From IMG/VR virus record IMGVR_UViG_3300027917_000001: 64,000 nt of DNA; one strand, given 5' to 3'. The notes below the pieces were generated by a model that was not told the DNA's origin, ran no database searches, and saw nothing but the letters and a program-made list of their open reading frames with translations. This document shows, piece by piece, positions 27,396 to 36,390 of this stretch. The stretch's first letter is position 1; every line of letters begins with the position of its first letter. Source of the stretch: an uncultured virus (IMG/VR IMGVR_UViG_3300027917_000001). Its lineage: Duplodnaviria; Heunggongvirae; Uroviricota; Caudoviricetes. Made by a program: the position numbers and the translations under genes.

Positions 27396-27600
27396 CGTCG
27401 GCCTCGTTGAGTAGGGCAGCTATGCGCTCATCGAGCGAGACTATCTGGCACAGCCGTTCCACCTTCGCGCAGAGGGCGGCACGGGCAAGCGTCACCGGAC
27501 ATTGTGATCCGTGCGGGCCGACCCTGAACGACTCGCAATCACATTTCGCCTTTTCCACCGCCTCCACTCCGCGCCGTAGCGCCGGGGGTAGGTCAGTCAT
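27373..27600 (-). CDS. Mini-gene (MTDLPP...LLNEADD)
   Basis: ATGA coupling; CxC...H...C motif. Confidence 0.55.
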   Translation of the reverse strand: MTDLPPALRRGVEAVEKAKCDCESFRVGPHGSQCPVTLARAALCAKVERLCQIVSLDERIAALLNEADDESNSGT

Positions 27601-27740
27601 CGCCATAGTATCAGCCTCACCTTGTAGCACCAAAACCGGAGCGGTGGTCGATACCACGGGCGTAGTCTAATCAAGCCGCCACGTTCTTCGGTTCGCCACA
27701 CGGGCGGCCACTTTCGGATACGAGCAGCACAGTCAGTCAT
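27597..27740 (-). CDS. 47-aa Arg/Trp-rich mini-gene (MTDCAAR...)
   Basis: Fills the gap between coupled genes; GGAG RBS; not in the ORF track. Confidence 0.4.
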   Translation of the reverse strand: MTDCAARIRKWPPVWRTEERGGLIRLRPWYRPPLRFWCYKVRLILWR

Positions 27741-28071
27741 GCTCTCCATCCTTTCCGCGCACTAGGCGGCGGGCGATCTGTATTGCTGGCGGTGGCTCGC
27801 AGTCAAACCATTGCGCTGCGCGTTCCTCGGGAGACCCTTCAAGTGTTACCCATTCGTGCCCAAGGCAGGCCGCCTCCACCGCTATCTCCTCCACCGCGTC
27901 GAGGGCTTCGCTGCGAGCCAACGCCAACCGACTACCGTATGCAGCGTGTCGTTTGTCTTTCGTGGCCGACCATAGGCCGCGCTGTTCCCCTGCCGCTTCG
28001 ACCTCATCCAGCGCCGCCCCCAGCTTGGCGCGGGCGCCCACCGCTACTATGTCATTCGGTTCCGCTGCCAT
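27733..28071 (-). CDS. Mosaic mini-gene (...LDAVEEIA...ARRLVRG)
   Basis: Shares two patches with 28353-28880. Confidence 0.6.
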   Translation of the reverse strand: MAAEPNDIVAVGARAKLGAALDEVEAAGEQRGLWSATKDKRHAAYGSRLALARSEALDAVEEIAVEAACLGHEWVTLEGSPEERAAQWFDCEPPPAIQIARRLVRGKDGEHD

Positions 28072-28360
28072 CGTCCCGTTCCTTCTGTTTGGCGAGGGCA
28101 GCTCGGATGATTTCGGTCAGCCATCCTTGTGTGCGCGATTCCACATATTCTGACATCATCACGTCGGTTCCCACATCCCGCAGCAGCCGCTCAAGGCGTT
28201 CGGGCATCGCACGCAGTCGGTCGGCGCTGTCCCGAAGCGCAGCACATCGGCCATGTGTGTCGAGGTTCCCATCGACTACCCATGCCGCGATCTCCTCAAA
28301 GAAATCAGCCTCATCGGTGAAGTGGCCCCATTCGTCTAACTCGTCGCGCAGGTCAGTCAT
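28052..28360 (-). CDS. Mosaic mini-gene (MTDLRDE...ERLERLL...AALAKQKERD)
   Basis: GGAGG RBS before ATG 28360. Confidence 0.6.
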   Translation of the reverse strand: MTDLRDELDEWGHFTDEADFFEEIAAWVVDGNLDTHGRCAALRDSADRLRAMPERLERLLRDVGTDVMMSEYVESRTQGWLTEIIRAALAKQKERDDGSGTE

Positions 28361-28880
28361 CGTCGCCTCCGTATCCGTGCTCGCGTAGCGAAGCCTCAGC
28401 AATCTCACAGAGACACTTCCAGTGATCCCGCTCGCGTTCCAGCCGTGCGAACAGGTCGCGGATGCGCTGTATTCGGTGGTCACAAGGCATTGAGAATGAA
28501 CAGCACGGCCCCGTCAGCGCCTCGTCCAGTTCGGTGCGCAGGGCCGTGTCAGATGAGTCAGTACGGTTTCTCTCTGACATTACACCCGTACTAGCTAGGC
28601 CCTGCGCCTCGTCCCGTTCCTTCTGTTTGGCGCCGCGCACTAGGCGGCGGGCGACATCCATATCCCAATCGCCCGGTTCAGCGTCTAAGATTTCTTCTAG
28701 CGGACAAGCGTTGCCCGTCGCTTCCCATACACGACTGACTGCCGCCGTTCGCGCCGCTATTTCCTCCACCGCGTCGAGGACGGCTTCGCGCCACTCATGA
28801 TATGGCATATCAGCTTGTGGGTACGCAGACAGCAACGCCTCCAGACGGTAATAGTCTGGGTTGATCTTCGTCAGCCTCAC
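28353..28880 (-). CDS. Chimeric mini-gene fusion
   Basis: LDAVEEIA...ARRLVRG directly joined to AKQKERD, then an LRTELDE module. Confidence 0.55.
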   Translation of the reverse strand: MRLTKINPDYYRLEALLSAYPQADMPYHEWREAVLDAVEEIAARTAAVSRVWEATGNACPLEEILDAEPGDWDMDVARRLVRGAKQKERDEAQGLASTGVMSERNRTDSSDTALRTELDEALTGPCCSFSMPCDHRIQRIRDLFARLERERDHWKCLCEIAEASLREHGYGGDDD

Positions 28881-28884
28881 CTTA

Positions 28885-29136
28885 CTACGCCTCCTTGCAA
28901 CAACTATGGACTCTCACCATATCATAACCCCACCCCTCACTGCCTTCGGCTTGTATGTCCATATTGATATCGTCAACGAATCGCTTGACGATCTCCTCTG
29001 GGTTGTCTGCTTCTTCGTCCCACGTTGAACCCCAGTTCTTACGCGCATCATTCTTGATAGAACGGCATCCTCGCTTATGAACTGAAGCAAAGTGGTCTTT
29101 CCAGCAGCCGTAGTTGACTACTGTGTACCAAGGCAT
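28885..29136 (-). CDS. Hypothetical early protein
   Basis: AAGGGAG RBS; 'VHKRGC' motif. Confidence 0.55.
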   Translation of the reverse strand: MPWYTVVNYGCWKDHFASVHKRGCRSIKNDARKNWGSTWDEEADNPEEIVKRFVDDINMDIQAEGSEGWGYDMVRVHSCCKEA

Positions 29137-29138
29137 CG

Positions 29139-29873
29139 CTACACTACTCCCTTCTCAGTCAAGTACTCATTGGCGAGCGCACGTGCCTCCTCCATCGCAT
29201 CGTCAGCATCGTCAAAGATGCCAAGGTCCCCCTCTCCATTGGTCAGATGGTCAGGTCTCGAATGGGTTCCGTACGCCCAGCACTCGACAACAAACTGGCC
29301 GAACTTCTCGAAGACTTCAATCTCGACATACGTGGCTTCTACGTCGCCAACGATATCGGTATCGGTCTTGTCGCCAGACCAGTCCCAGCAGTCTGGGCAT
29401 ATGTCTCCGTAATCACGGGTATACTGAGGCGGTTCGTCCTCATAATCATGCAACTCGTTGCAACCGTCGCATAGGTAGAACGCATCTTCTCCGGGCATCA
29501 TGTCAGCGATCTCGTCATCGCTCACCATGTACGTCTTGTGGTAGGCCGTGATGTACACCTGAAACTGTCCAGCCTCTGTAATAGCCCAGTAGACCGGCTC
29601 GTCGCTATCGAAGATCAGATAGTTTGCCCTGTCAATGAACTCATTGATTGTCAGCGCTGGCTCACCGGGACGGCCGAACCCACTACTGTCCACGAAGAAC
29701 GTCTCGACATCCTCGTACGGGAGACCGTATTCTTTCACCGCATTGCCGATGAACGGGATCGGAAACGGTGGTTCCAGCTCGTACGCTTCAAGCTGGAGAG
29801 GAATCCTCCTCTCAAACGCAGCGGCCATCGCCGCTTGACTCGACATGTGTCGAATCGTAGCCGCATCCATCAT
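29139..29873 (-). CDS. Acidic hypothetical early protein with Cys pairs
   Basis: GAGGAGAGAGAACC leader; 'FFVDSSGFG', CxxC...CxxC. Confidence 0.65.
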   Translation of the reverse strand: MMDAATIRHMSSQAAMAAAFERRIPLQLEAYELEPPFPIPFIGNAVKEYGLPYEDVETFFVDSSGFGRPGEPALTINEFIDRANYLIFDSDEPVYWAITEAGQFQVYITAYHKTYMVSDDEIADMMPGEDAFYLCDGCNELHDYEDEPPQYTRDYGDICPDCWDWSGDKTDTDIVGDVEATYVEIEVFEKFGQFVVECWAYGTHSRPDHLTNGEGDLGIFDDADDAMEEARALANEYLTEKGVV

Positions 29874-29897
29874 GGTTCTCTCTCCTCTGGTGAGTGG

Positions 29898-30128
29898 TTA
29901 CGATGGGAACATCGGATCGTCGTCCTCTATCTCATCGAACAGGACCACAATAGCCCATCCTATATCATGGTCCTCCTTGCGCACCTTCATGATTGGTGCG
30001 TGAAACGATTCGCCGTCTCGCTTGGTCTCGATTCCGAACTTGACCCGCAGAAGCATCTCGATCCAGAATAACTTAGGGTCGTTTGTCCTTCTTGTCAAGA
30101 CCACCCATCCATCATCCTTCGTTCCCAT
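29898..30128 (-). CDS. Hypothetical early protein
   Basis: GAGGAGG RBS; 'RTNDPKL' motif. Confidence 0.55.
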   Translation of the reverse strand: MGTKDDGWVVLTRRTNDPKLFWIEMLLRVKFGIETKRDGESFHAPIMKVRKEDHDIGWAIVVLFDEIEDDDPMFPS

Positions 30129-30435
30129 CCCAAAACGCCTCCTCGTCAAGCACGATTGCACCATTCAGAAGCGAAGCAATGTCGGCTTCATCATCGAAGT
30201 GCTCAGACAGTTCTGCGTACACATTGAACAGATCATCGTTGCTCGAATCGCTAGACACAAGGGCCAGCAACGACACGAGAAGATCGAACGTCACCTTCGA
30301 CGCCTCTATCCTCACGAGATACTGGCCGTCTGGGTTACGATAGATCATGACCCTCTGTCCAACCCAGAGATTGTCATCAACCTTCTGCAAGTCCCACGGC
30401 ATTTCGATGTCCGGTAGGCCGTCAAACGGGTCCAT
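30112..30435 (-). CDS. Hypothetical early protein
   Basis: GAGGGAG RBS before ATG 30435. Confidence 0.55.
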   Translation of the reverse strand: MDPFDGLPDIEMPWDLQKVDDNLWVGQRVMIYRNPDGQYLVRIEASKVTFDLLVSLLALVSSDSSNDDLFNVYAELSEHFDDEADIASLLNGAIVLDEEAFWDGNEG

Positions 30436-30466
30436 CTCAATTCTCCCTCTGGTTGTGTGGTGTCCA

Positions 30467-30646
30467 CTACCACAATTGTTCGTACCCCTCATCGTCAAGC
30501 GGCTGCACCTGCTCTTCGAAGTCCAACTCAACGATTGCTGCATCCACGATACTGTAAATCTCGTCCGGGTCAAAGTACTTCAACGCCGCACGGACAGCAC
30601 CCACGAGGTTTTCCTCGGCCAGTTCAAACTGTCTTGGATTACTCAT
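30467..30646 (-). CDS. 59-aa acidic protein
   Basis: MSNPRQFELAEE...; ATGA-coupled; not in the ORF track. Confidence 0.5.
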   Translation of the reverse strand: MSNPRQFELAEENLVGAVRAALKYFDPDEIYSIVDAAIVELDFEEQVQPLDDEGYEQLW

Positions 30647-30912
30647 ACATCCCCCGTCGATAGCATGAGTAAGAGTGCAGACAGCTCGACAGCCTCATCA
30701 CACTCGATAAGGACACCCGTTCCACATTCAGCAGTTATAAGCACATCACCATCACCGACAGCTTCTAGTTCGAACTCATCGCCATCCAAAATTATGCGAT
30801 ACGTCGTCTGGATACTGGTATACTCGTAGCCACGTGTCGTGATCAGTTCTTCTGCTGCGCTCACAAGTGCATCCTCTAACTCTGCCCGAGTCTCCTGCTT
30901 CTTCGCAGTCAT
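30643..30912 (-). CDS. Acidic hypothetical early protein
   Basis: CTAGAGGGAG leader. Confidence 0.6.
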   Translation of the reverse strand: MTAKKQETRAELEDALVSAAEELITTRGYEYTSIQTTYRIILDGDEFELEAVGDGDVLITAECGTGVLIECDEAVELSALLLMLSTGDV

Positions 30913-30940
30913 GTTCGTTCTCCCTCTAGTTGGTTATGCC

Positions 30941-31135
30941 TTAATGTGCAGCGGGTTCACCTCTTGCCACCCGCTTCTCCGGTGAATCGAACCCAGATGC
31001 TACCGGGGTTCCTTTGATACCCGGATGCTCCTTGAACGCGATACCGCAGCGATCACACGGATCACCGGGGCGATCTTTCGGTGGCGTATACCTATGCTTA
31101 AGCCCCGGAAAGGTCCTCTCCCTCTGGTCTCTCAT
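30941..31135 (-). CDS. Hypothetical protein with CxxC/H motif
   Basis: GGAGGAGG RBS. Confidence 0.5.
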   Translation of the reverse strand: MRDQRERTFPGLKHRYTPPKDRPGDPCDRCGIAFKEHPGIKGTPVASGFDSPEKRVARGEPAAH

Positions 31136-31523
31136 CGTCCTCCTCCCAATCTAGTAACAGTGAGTATGTTCTACTTCTCAAAGCGGAATGTTCGTCAAAG
31201 ACGAGTTGCATCCACCCTTTCTTAACCTTGTCGTCCGGTACAAGAAAGGTCACAATGTGGAACCCGAAATCGTACATGATAGCACGGTCATTCTCGTTGA
31301 ACCACTCCTTGAGTTTCCATAGCGAGGCGAACCCGAACAGCATTCCATCGTAATCTACATTTCGGAGTCCATCTTGGTGTGGTAGTGGATGATGTTGTGC
31401 ATCTAAGCCACTCTCATAGTCAGACCAAAGACCATAGCTTGGATTATTGTCTGTCTCCAAGTACGTAGCATGATGGTGTGGTCCACGGCCAGACTCCGGG
31501 TGTTCTACGCGCCAGACTATCAC
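31098..31523 (-). CDS. Hypothetical early protein
   Basis: 'WRVEH...GP...HP.P..D...FGF.S...L..WF...QLVF' pattern reminiscent of a recurrent phage family. Confidence 0.6.
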   Translation of the reverse strand: MIVWRVEHPESGRGPHHHATYLETDNNPSYGLWSDYESGLDAQHHPLPHQDGLRNVDYDGMLFGFASLWKLKEWFNENDRAIMYDFGFHIVTFLVPDDKVKKGWMQLVFDEHSALRSRTYSLLLDWEEDDERPEGEDLSGA

Positions 31524-31780
31524 CGCTCCAATCGCTTGCGCTTCTCGGCAAACGCCTCCAACGCATCATCCAGTTCCACACAGTAGTCACCCCACGCGCA
31601 TGCCACTCGCTCATTATCTATCCAGCACATCCACGTGACGTACTTGGTCAGCGATTCTGGTAACTCACACAGCACAATTCGAGCAGGAAAGCAACCATCC
31701 TGCCGTACGATCGGACCAGCAAGAGCGATAACGCCACCGTTAGGCAGTCGATCGCCAGCGCTTAGCGTCTCAAAGTTCAT
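31520..31780 (-). CDS. Hypothetical early protein
   Basis: GAGGAGGGGAACC leader; 'YVTW...WGDY...A...F..R' pattern. Confidence 0.6.
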   Translation of the reverse strand: MNFETLSAGDRLPNGGVIALAGPIVRQDGCFPARIVLCELPESLTKYVTWMCWIDNERVACAWGDYCVELDDALEAFAEKRKRLER

Positions 31781-31804
31781 GGTTCCCCTCCTCTCGGTTG
31801 GTTG

Positions 31805-32005
31805 TTAGAGATCCCACAGATCCGCGTAGGTCTCTCCGGTTTCCTCACCCCACTGTTCTCGGGATGCGAGCCGCTGACCGGCCCAGTTGTAGTCTGCTCC
31901 ACAGTCAGGGCATGTCGTGGTGAAGCCTTCACATCGCAGCCACTCACCACAGCATTCCACTTCCGCTATGAAGCGGTGGCCCTCCTCTACGTGTCGTTTC
32001 TTCAT
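31805..32005 (-). CDS. Zinc-ribbon protein
   Basis: 'ECCG...CPDCGADYNWAGQRL...WGEE'. Confidence 0.6.
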   Translation of the reverse strand: MKKRHVEEGHRFIAEVECCGEWLRCEGFTTTCPDCGADYNWAGQRLASREQWGEETGETYADLWDL

Positions 32006-32382
32006 GTCTGCACTCGAAGTGAATCAATCACTGGCTTGACGTGTACCCCGTTCTGTGCAATCGGGTCATGAGACCACAGTTCCACGTATCGCTCGACCGG
32101 CACACCTTCTGCCCAGCACGACAACTCAACGTACGCACACAACTGGTCGTACTCCTCAAGCAACAGGAATACAAGTCGCTGTAGCCCTTTCATGTTGGTT
32201 GTATACGTTGCCAGCGTTATTGCTGGCTCCACACCCCACTCACCAAATCCCCAGCACTCAGTCAATGACCCGCTGAGACCAGCATAAGCTGGTTCGTAAT
32301 CCAGCAAGTCCTGAATGTGTCGTGCTACGTCTTCGGCGGGGTCTCGTGAGGCGAACGTGATCTTCGCCAGATACTCAGTCAT
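32002..32382 (-). CDS. Hypothetical early protein
   Basis: GAGGGGAGG leader. Confidence 0.55.
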   Translation of the reverse strand: MTEYLAKITFASRDPAEDVARHIQDLLDYEPAYAGLSGSLTECWGFGEWGVEPAITLATYTTNMKGLQRLVFLLLEEYDQLCAYVELSCWAEGVPVERYVELWSHDPIAQNGVHVKPVIDSLRVQT

Positions 32383-32406
32383 GTTCTCACCTCCCCTCGA
32401 TGTTGG

Positions 32407-32574
32407 TTACTTCTGGTCTAACAGCTCATGTAAGTGCTCAAGGACGTGCAGCAACTCACGCAACACGCTGTCGAACACTCCGTAGGACTCAACCTCGATC
32501 CCCTTGACGATATAATCACGACTGTAGTTGCCACCAGTCTTGACCTTTTCGTGCTCAACCTTGATCCTGAGCAT
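32407..32574 (-). CDS. 55-aa hypothetical protein
   Basis: GGAGG RBS; not in the ORF track. Confidence 0.45.
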   Translation of the reverse strand: MLRIKVEHEKVKTGGNYSRDYIVKGIEVESYGVFDSVLRELLHVLEHLHELLDQK

Positions 32575-32905
32575 CTAGGACCTCCAAACCAGCGGCTTCG
32601 AACAGGATTCGCGCCTCATCACGGTAGGCAACGCTCAGCGATTCCCATAACTCATCTGGGTGGTATCCAATGAAGGAACAGTCGTCCATCGGACCATAGC
32701 ACGAACAATGGCCCATGTCGTGGATGTCGTACTGATCATCGGCACGCATGAGGATCTGTCCAGCACCCTCGTACATATCAACTTGATACCAGTACCACAC
32801 TTCCTCCACTCTGGCTGGTACAAGTGCCAGATCATGGTCAGCCAGTTCATCGTTATCGCCCCACGAGAAATGGCGGGGCACGGTCACTACGTGAACCTTT
32901 AACAT
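32555..32905 (-). CDS. Hypothetical early protein
   Basis: 'YEGAG...GHCSCYGP' motif; CCTAGGGAGAGG leader. Confidence 0.6.
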   Translation of the reverse strand: MLKVHVVTVPRHFSWGDNDELADHDLALVPARVEEVWYWYQVDMYEGAGQILMRADDQYDIHDMGHCSCYGPMDDCSFIGYHPDELWESLSVAYRDEARILFEAAGLEVLDAQDQG

Positions 32906-32929
32906 GTTCTCCTCTCCCTAGGCTGATTG

Positions 32930-33481
32930 TTACTCGAACAAGTCTCTCTGTGGACTACGTACCATGATCCAAACCGTAGCTTGGAATGGTGCTACGTCCT
33001 CACCACACATGCACGCAGCCTCTCGTAATGGCTGAGCCACAATATCGTAGGTTTTCTTGTTGAGCCTGCCAGTGTACCCACAGGCCCGAGCAATCCAACG
33101 ATCGACCACGGCTGCGTCTGGTTCCAAGCAGATTCCACGCGTAAACTCCGTGGTTTTCGGGGCGCCAAGTAGGGCATCCACGCCGATGTCAAGAGCGTTA
33201 ATTGCCTTCTTGACGTTTGACTTGAAGACAGGCAGTTGTGGCTCTATAATACCGTCACGCACCGATCGCAAGAGGGAACGTGTATACTCAACGTTCAGAT
33301 CCCAACGCACCATAGGAGACAGTGCCGAGATAGCGGCTGCCACATGTGGTGCAGGATATCCATAACCACGGGCCAAGCCCACGGCGATGTCCCACGCATC
33401 GGGATACCACACCCTACCTAACCTACGATCTGTTGGCGTAGCCTGTTCGAATATACGTACAAATCTGTCCGTATACTCCAC
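32930..33481 (-). CDS. Phage protein with possible DNA-glycosylase-like (HhH) fold
   Basis: 'G..WY..A', 'ALSP...W..N', 'K...F', 'VD.W', 'QA.VW' pattern (DUF7178-like, from memory). Confidence 0.5.
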   Translation of the reverse strand: MEYTDRFVRIFEQATPTDRRLGRVWYPDAWDIAVGLARGYGYPAPHVAAAISALSPMVRWDLNVEYTRSLLRSVRDGIIEPQLPVFKSNVKKAINALDIGVDALLGAPKTTEFTRGICLEPDAAVVDRWIARACGYTGRLNKKTYDIVAQPLREAACMCGEDVAPFQATVWIMVRSPQRDLFE

Positions 33482-33508
33482 GTCTCCCTCCTCTTTGTGT
33501 TTCTACCA

Positions 33509-34045
33509 CTAATTGTCGTACTTCTCGTACTGCTTCTTGACTTCAGCAACAAACTCAGCGTCAGTCATTGGTTTGGTCAGACCCCTATTAAGGTCACACA
33601 ACTCGCTGAACCTCTCTGGGTCTTCCGGTTCGTCGTTCTTGGCGTTCGTGTCGGCAAACCTGTAGTCTGCCGTGGGTGGACGCTTGCTGTTATCCGGCCA
33701 ACACATCCCAGAGTACGAGCCGTGCGGAGACCGAGCATAGCCACGTGTACCATTAGCGAAATAGGCCACACACGAATCGGCGTCCTGTTGCTCAGGATGA
33801 AACTCGTTGATGGGTTCGTCGTACAGTGTGGGTACATCAAACCCCTCGCTATCCCAATAGACCCAACGGTCGCCACAACACGGGCAGTCGATACCCTTGG
33901 CGCAACCATCGAAGTACACTCCATGCGCCTTGGCAATCGCCTTGGCCTGCGCATACGAATCCGCCTCAACGAACACGTAGCTATCCACGTCCTCGTTACG
34001 GACCATATACCCGAACGTGCTGTTCTGGTTGAACAAGTAGAACAC
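33509..34045 (-). CDS. Phage early protein with 'DCPCCGDRW' motif
   Basis: 'FNQNST.G...VEA...A...G.YF..C..G.DCPCCGDRW'. Confidence 0.6.
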   Translation of the reverse strand: MFYLFNQNSTFGYMVRNEDVDSYVFVEADSYAQAKAIAKAHGVYFDGCAKGIDCPCCGDRWVYWDSEGFDVPTLYDEPINEFHPEQQDADSCVAYFANGTRGYARSPHGSYSGMCWPDNSKRPPTADYRFADTNAKNDEPEDPERFSELCDLNRGLTKPMTDAEFVAEVKKQYEKYDN

Positions 34046-34294
34046 GGTTCCCTCTCCTCTAGTACTGTGAAGGTTAGTGTTCCCTACGGATCATCCAATC
34101 CAGTAGGCCGATCACCATGCCGATTCCTACCACTATCCACAAAGCTACCACGGCGCACTGTCCAATGGCATCATAGCAGCCTGTGCACACGTGGAAAGAA
34201 TCCACGAAACTATCAGGCAGACCAGTATTAGGGCAATACGCCACAATACACCAGTCTCCTGAAACGGCTCCGTCCACTGAGGCCAGCGCATAAC

Positions 34295-34546
34295 TCAGAA
34301 CCCCTCAGGCTCTTGTAGCTGCACAACCCACCAGTCAAAGGCCCCAATGTACGCGTCAGCCCATGTCTCTGCCGCATTGGTATATCCGTCAAACGGTCCA
34401 ATGACGGCAAACCCACCTGCTGGCGTACCGGAGATGACCACAACCTGCTTCTCTGGCAGGGTTTGTGCTCGTGGTCCTGACCGGAGACTAGAGGCAAGTA
34501 ACGCAGCCTCTTTGTCTTGCTGAAACTCCTGTGCCTTCAAGTCCAC
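34295..34546 (-). CDS. Hypothetical early protein
   Basis: GAGGAGGGAG leader; 'G.P..GF..IGPF' motif. Confidence 0.55.
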   Translation of the reverse strand: MDLKAQEFQQDKEAALLASSLRSGPRAQTLPEKQVVVISGTPAGGFAVIGPFDGYTNAAETWADAYIGAFDWWVVQLQEPEGF

Positions 34547-34570
34547 GGTACTCCCTCCTCTGGTAGTGGT

Positions 34571-34840
34571 TTAACCTATCGAAACCGCAGTAAACTGCGG
34601 TCGGTATGCGGCCCTGAAGTCGGCGTCCAGATCCAGCAATCTCACCTTCGCACGTCCAGCCACACGGCACTCCATCGCAGCGGACAGGAAAGCGAACACA
34701 ACTGCGCTGATCTGTTCATCGCTGTCGCGGGTTAACCTGAACCCTTCAATTCGCCAGCACCCAAGGTCCACATTGTACGCAACACCGTCGATACGCAAGG
34801 TAACGGGTGCGTCTTCAACGTTTATCCTGATGTCGATCAT
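34571..34840 (-). CDS. Hypothetical early protein
   Basis: GGAGGGAGAG RBS before ATG 34840. Confidence 0.5.
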   Translation of the reverse strand: MIDIRINVEDAPVTLRIDGVAYNVDLGCWRIEGFRLTRDSDEQISAVVFAFLSAAMECRVAGRAKVRLLDLDADFRAAYRPQFTAVSIG

Positions 34841-34864
34841 CTCTCCCTCCAAGGTTGTATCAAG

Positions 34865-34941
34865 TGGCGGCGACCGGACTCGAACCGTGCTAACGTCCCC
34901 GCACATGTAAACGGGGTGCGACTACCTGTCGCTACGCCGCC
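34865..34941 (-). tRNA. Degenerate tRNA-like element (10-nt anticodon loop; possibly Val-TAC derived)
   Basis: GGCGGCG/CGCCGCC acceptor, GCGA/TCGC D stem, CCCCG/CGGGG stem, TTCGAGT T loop. Confidence 0.55.
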
Positions 34942-34957
34942 GCCAGTCCTCCCACTC

Positions 34958-35182
34958 CTAGTGCTGATCTGTGTGACCGCAGTCCCACATACCAAGCCCA
35001 ACGTACTTGCACCCACATGTGTCTGGGTCGTGTTCAGTGTACTCCACGTGCATCTCCTCAAGGGCCGCACGTATCTGTTGACGCAATGCTGGGTCCACGG
35101 CAGCGCTTGATGCGTCGAGTTGTAGCGACTGCTCTAGGACGTCCCATGCATCAACACTCATGGTAATCACTACCCTATGCAT
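34958..35182 (-). CDS. Hypothetical early protein
   Basis: 74 aa, C-terminal Cys/His. Confidence 0.5.
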   Translation of the reverse strand: MHRVVITMSVDAWDVLEQSLQLDASSAAVDPALRQQIRAALEEMHVEYTEHDPDTCGCKYVGLGMWDCGHTDQH

Positions 35183-35364
35183 GTGTCCTGTCCTTCTGGG
35201 AAGTAGGTATTCCGTACCACACGTGATGTCACCCAGTTCCGCTGTGTACGTTTGTTCATGAACGTCTCTGTCACGTACCCATCTTCGACACGCAGCACTA
35301 CGTCCACCGGATCTAGGTCACGGTTTGGATTCACTTCCCACACGGTGTAACGTATCTCGCGCAT
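35170..35364 (-). CDS. Hypothetical early protein
   Basis: CTAGAGGGAG leader. Confidence 0.55.
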   Translation of the reverse strand: MREIRYTVWEVNPNRDLDPVDVVLRVEDGYVTETFMNKRTQRNWVTSRVVRNTYFPEGQDTCIG

Positions 35365-35392
35365 GGGTCACTCCCTCTAGTTGTACTACATA

Positions 35393-35569
35393 CTACCGCA
35401 TCTTCTCGAAGCGGTTCATCAACCGCTCCAGCCTGTCCTGCCGCATGGGGTATGTAACCACTTTCAGCACACCCCGCTTATCGTACCGCACGGTGTACTG
35501 CGGCAGTATGGGGCTCAAGCTACCCGCCTGCTTGAACTTGCGGGTCCAGATCACCGTCTTGCGGCTCAC
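35393..35569 (-). CDS. 58-aa basic protein
   Basis: GAGGAGAGGGAACC-GTG leader; not in the ORF track. Confidence 0.55.
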   Translation of the reverse strand: MSRKTVIWTRKFKQAGSLSPILPQYTVRYDKRGVLKVVTYPMRQDRLERLMNRFEKMR

Positions 35570-35593
35570 GGTTCCCTCTCCTCTCAGTGATAG

Positions 35594-36106
35594 CTACGAC
35601 AGTATCGCACCCTCTGCGACATACATAGCTATGTACTCATCACGTGTCACTTCATCCAGACACCCGACACCAGCTTGTTGTGCCAGTGCGTAGTCCTTGA
35701 ACGCACCACCCAACCCCGGTATCATCCAGTCTGGCACCTCACACGTGGACCGTGCCCTAACTCCGGGTCGGAACAGAGGTGCACGCCACACGAAGCCCGG
35801 ATTACGGTCCACCACGGGCCGTACGTCCAGCACTGGAATGCCTAGGATACGGCAGCACTGTGCCGTATGTCCGTCAGCATTCTCATACCCAGACACGTGA
35901 GCATGTGGGTGGTAGTAGAATACGTGGCCACCCTTGCCGATCTGTAGCAGACCACCGCACTCTAGTGCGCTGCGGAACTGTTCCACGTCACGGCGGATAC
36001 TCTGACGTTCCCGCTTACGTGCCTCTACGACGTTACCCTGTCGCCGTAGTTGTGCGTGATACCACCACGCTTTAGCTTCACGGTCCAATATCCCGTAGAT
36101 ACTCAC
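35594..36106 (-). CDS. Hypothetical early protein
   Basis: CCTAGGAGGGAG leader, 170 aa. Confidence 0.6.
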   Translation of the reverse strand: MSIYGILDREAKAWWYHAQLRRQGNVVEARKRERQSIRRDVEQFRSALECGGLLQIGKGGHVFYYHPHAHVSGYENADGHTAQCCRILGIPVLDVRPVVDRNPGFVWRAPLFRPGVRARSTCEVPDWMIPGLGGAFKDYALAQQAGVGCLDEVTRDEYIAMYVAEGAILS

Positions 36107-36174
36107 GGCTCCCTCCTAGGTTGTGGTATAGGGATACCGGGGAGTCGCACCCCGGTCCCCTCTCTCTCACGCCG

Positions 36175-36390
36175 TCAGATCGCCTCTAGTGGACCTATGC
36201 AGTCGAAGGTATCGAGCGGACAACCTTCTGCTACCCAGTTGAGAAGATCGGTCAGGATATCTTCCACATGTTCCTGAGCCGCTTTGACACGGATCTTGCG
36301 TGTGGATATTATGGTGAGATCGTCACCAAACCGTACCGACAGGTACATGCGATCCACGTCCACGTTCAGGTGTACAGTCATGCTTTCCAT
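36175..36390 (-). CDS. Hypothetical early protein
   Basis: CCTAGGGAGAGAG leader. Confidence 0.55.
   Translation of the reverse strand: MESMTVHLNVDVDRMYLSVRFGDDLTIISTRKIRVKAAQEHVEDILTDLLNWVAEGCPLDTFDCIGPLEAI

Larger units (their letters stand above)
26716..28883. repeat. Dispersed short direct repeats (13-26 bp) within the mini-gene array
   Basis: Seven repeat families; coordinates given in findings. Confidence 0.9.

Noticed and set aside
26716..28883. Short repeats as a CRISPR array or DGR template/variable pair
   Set aside because: There are several different repeat families, irregularly spaced and in frame within ORFs; no reverse transcriptase and no adenine-specific mismatch pattern
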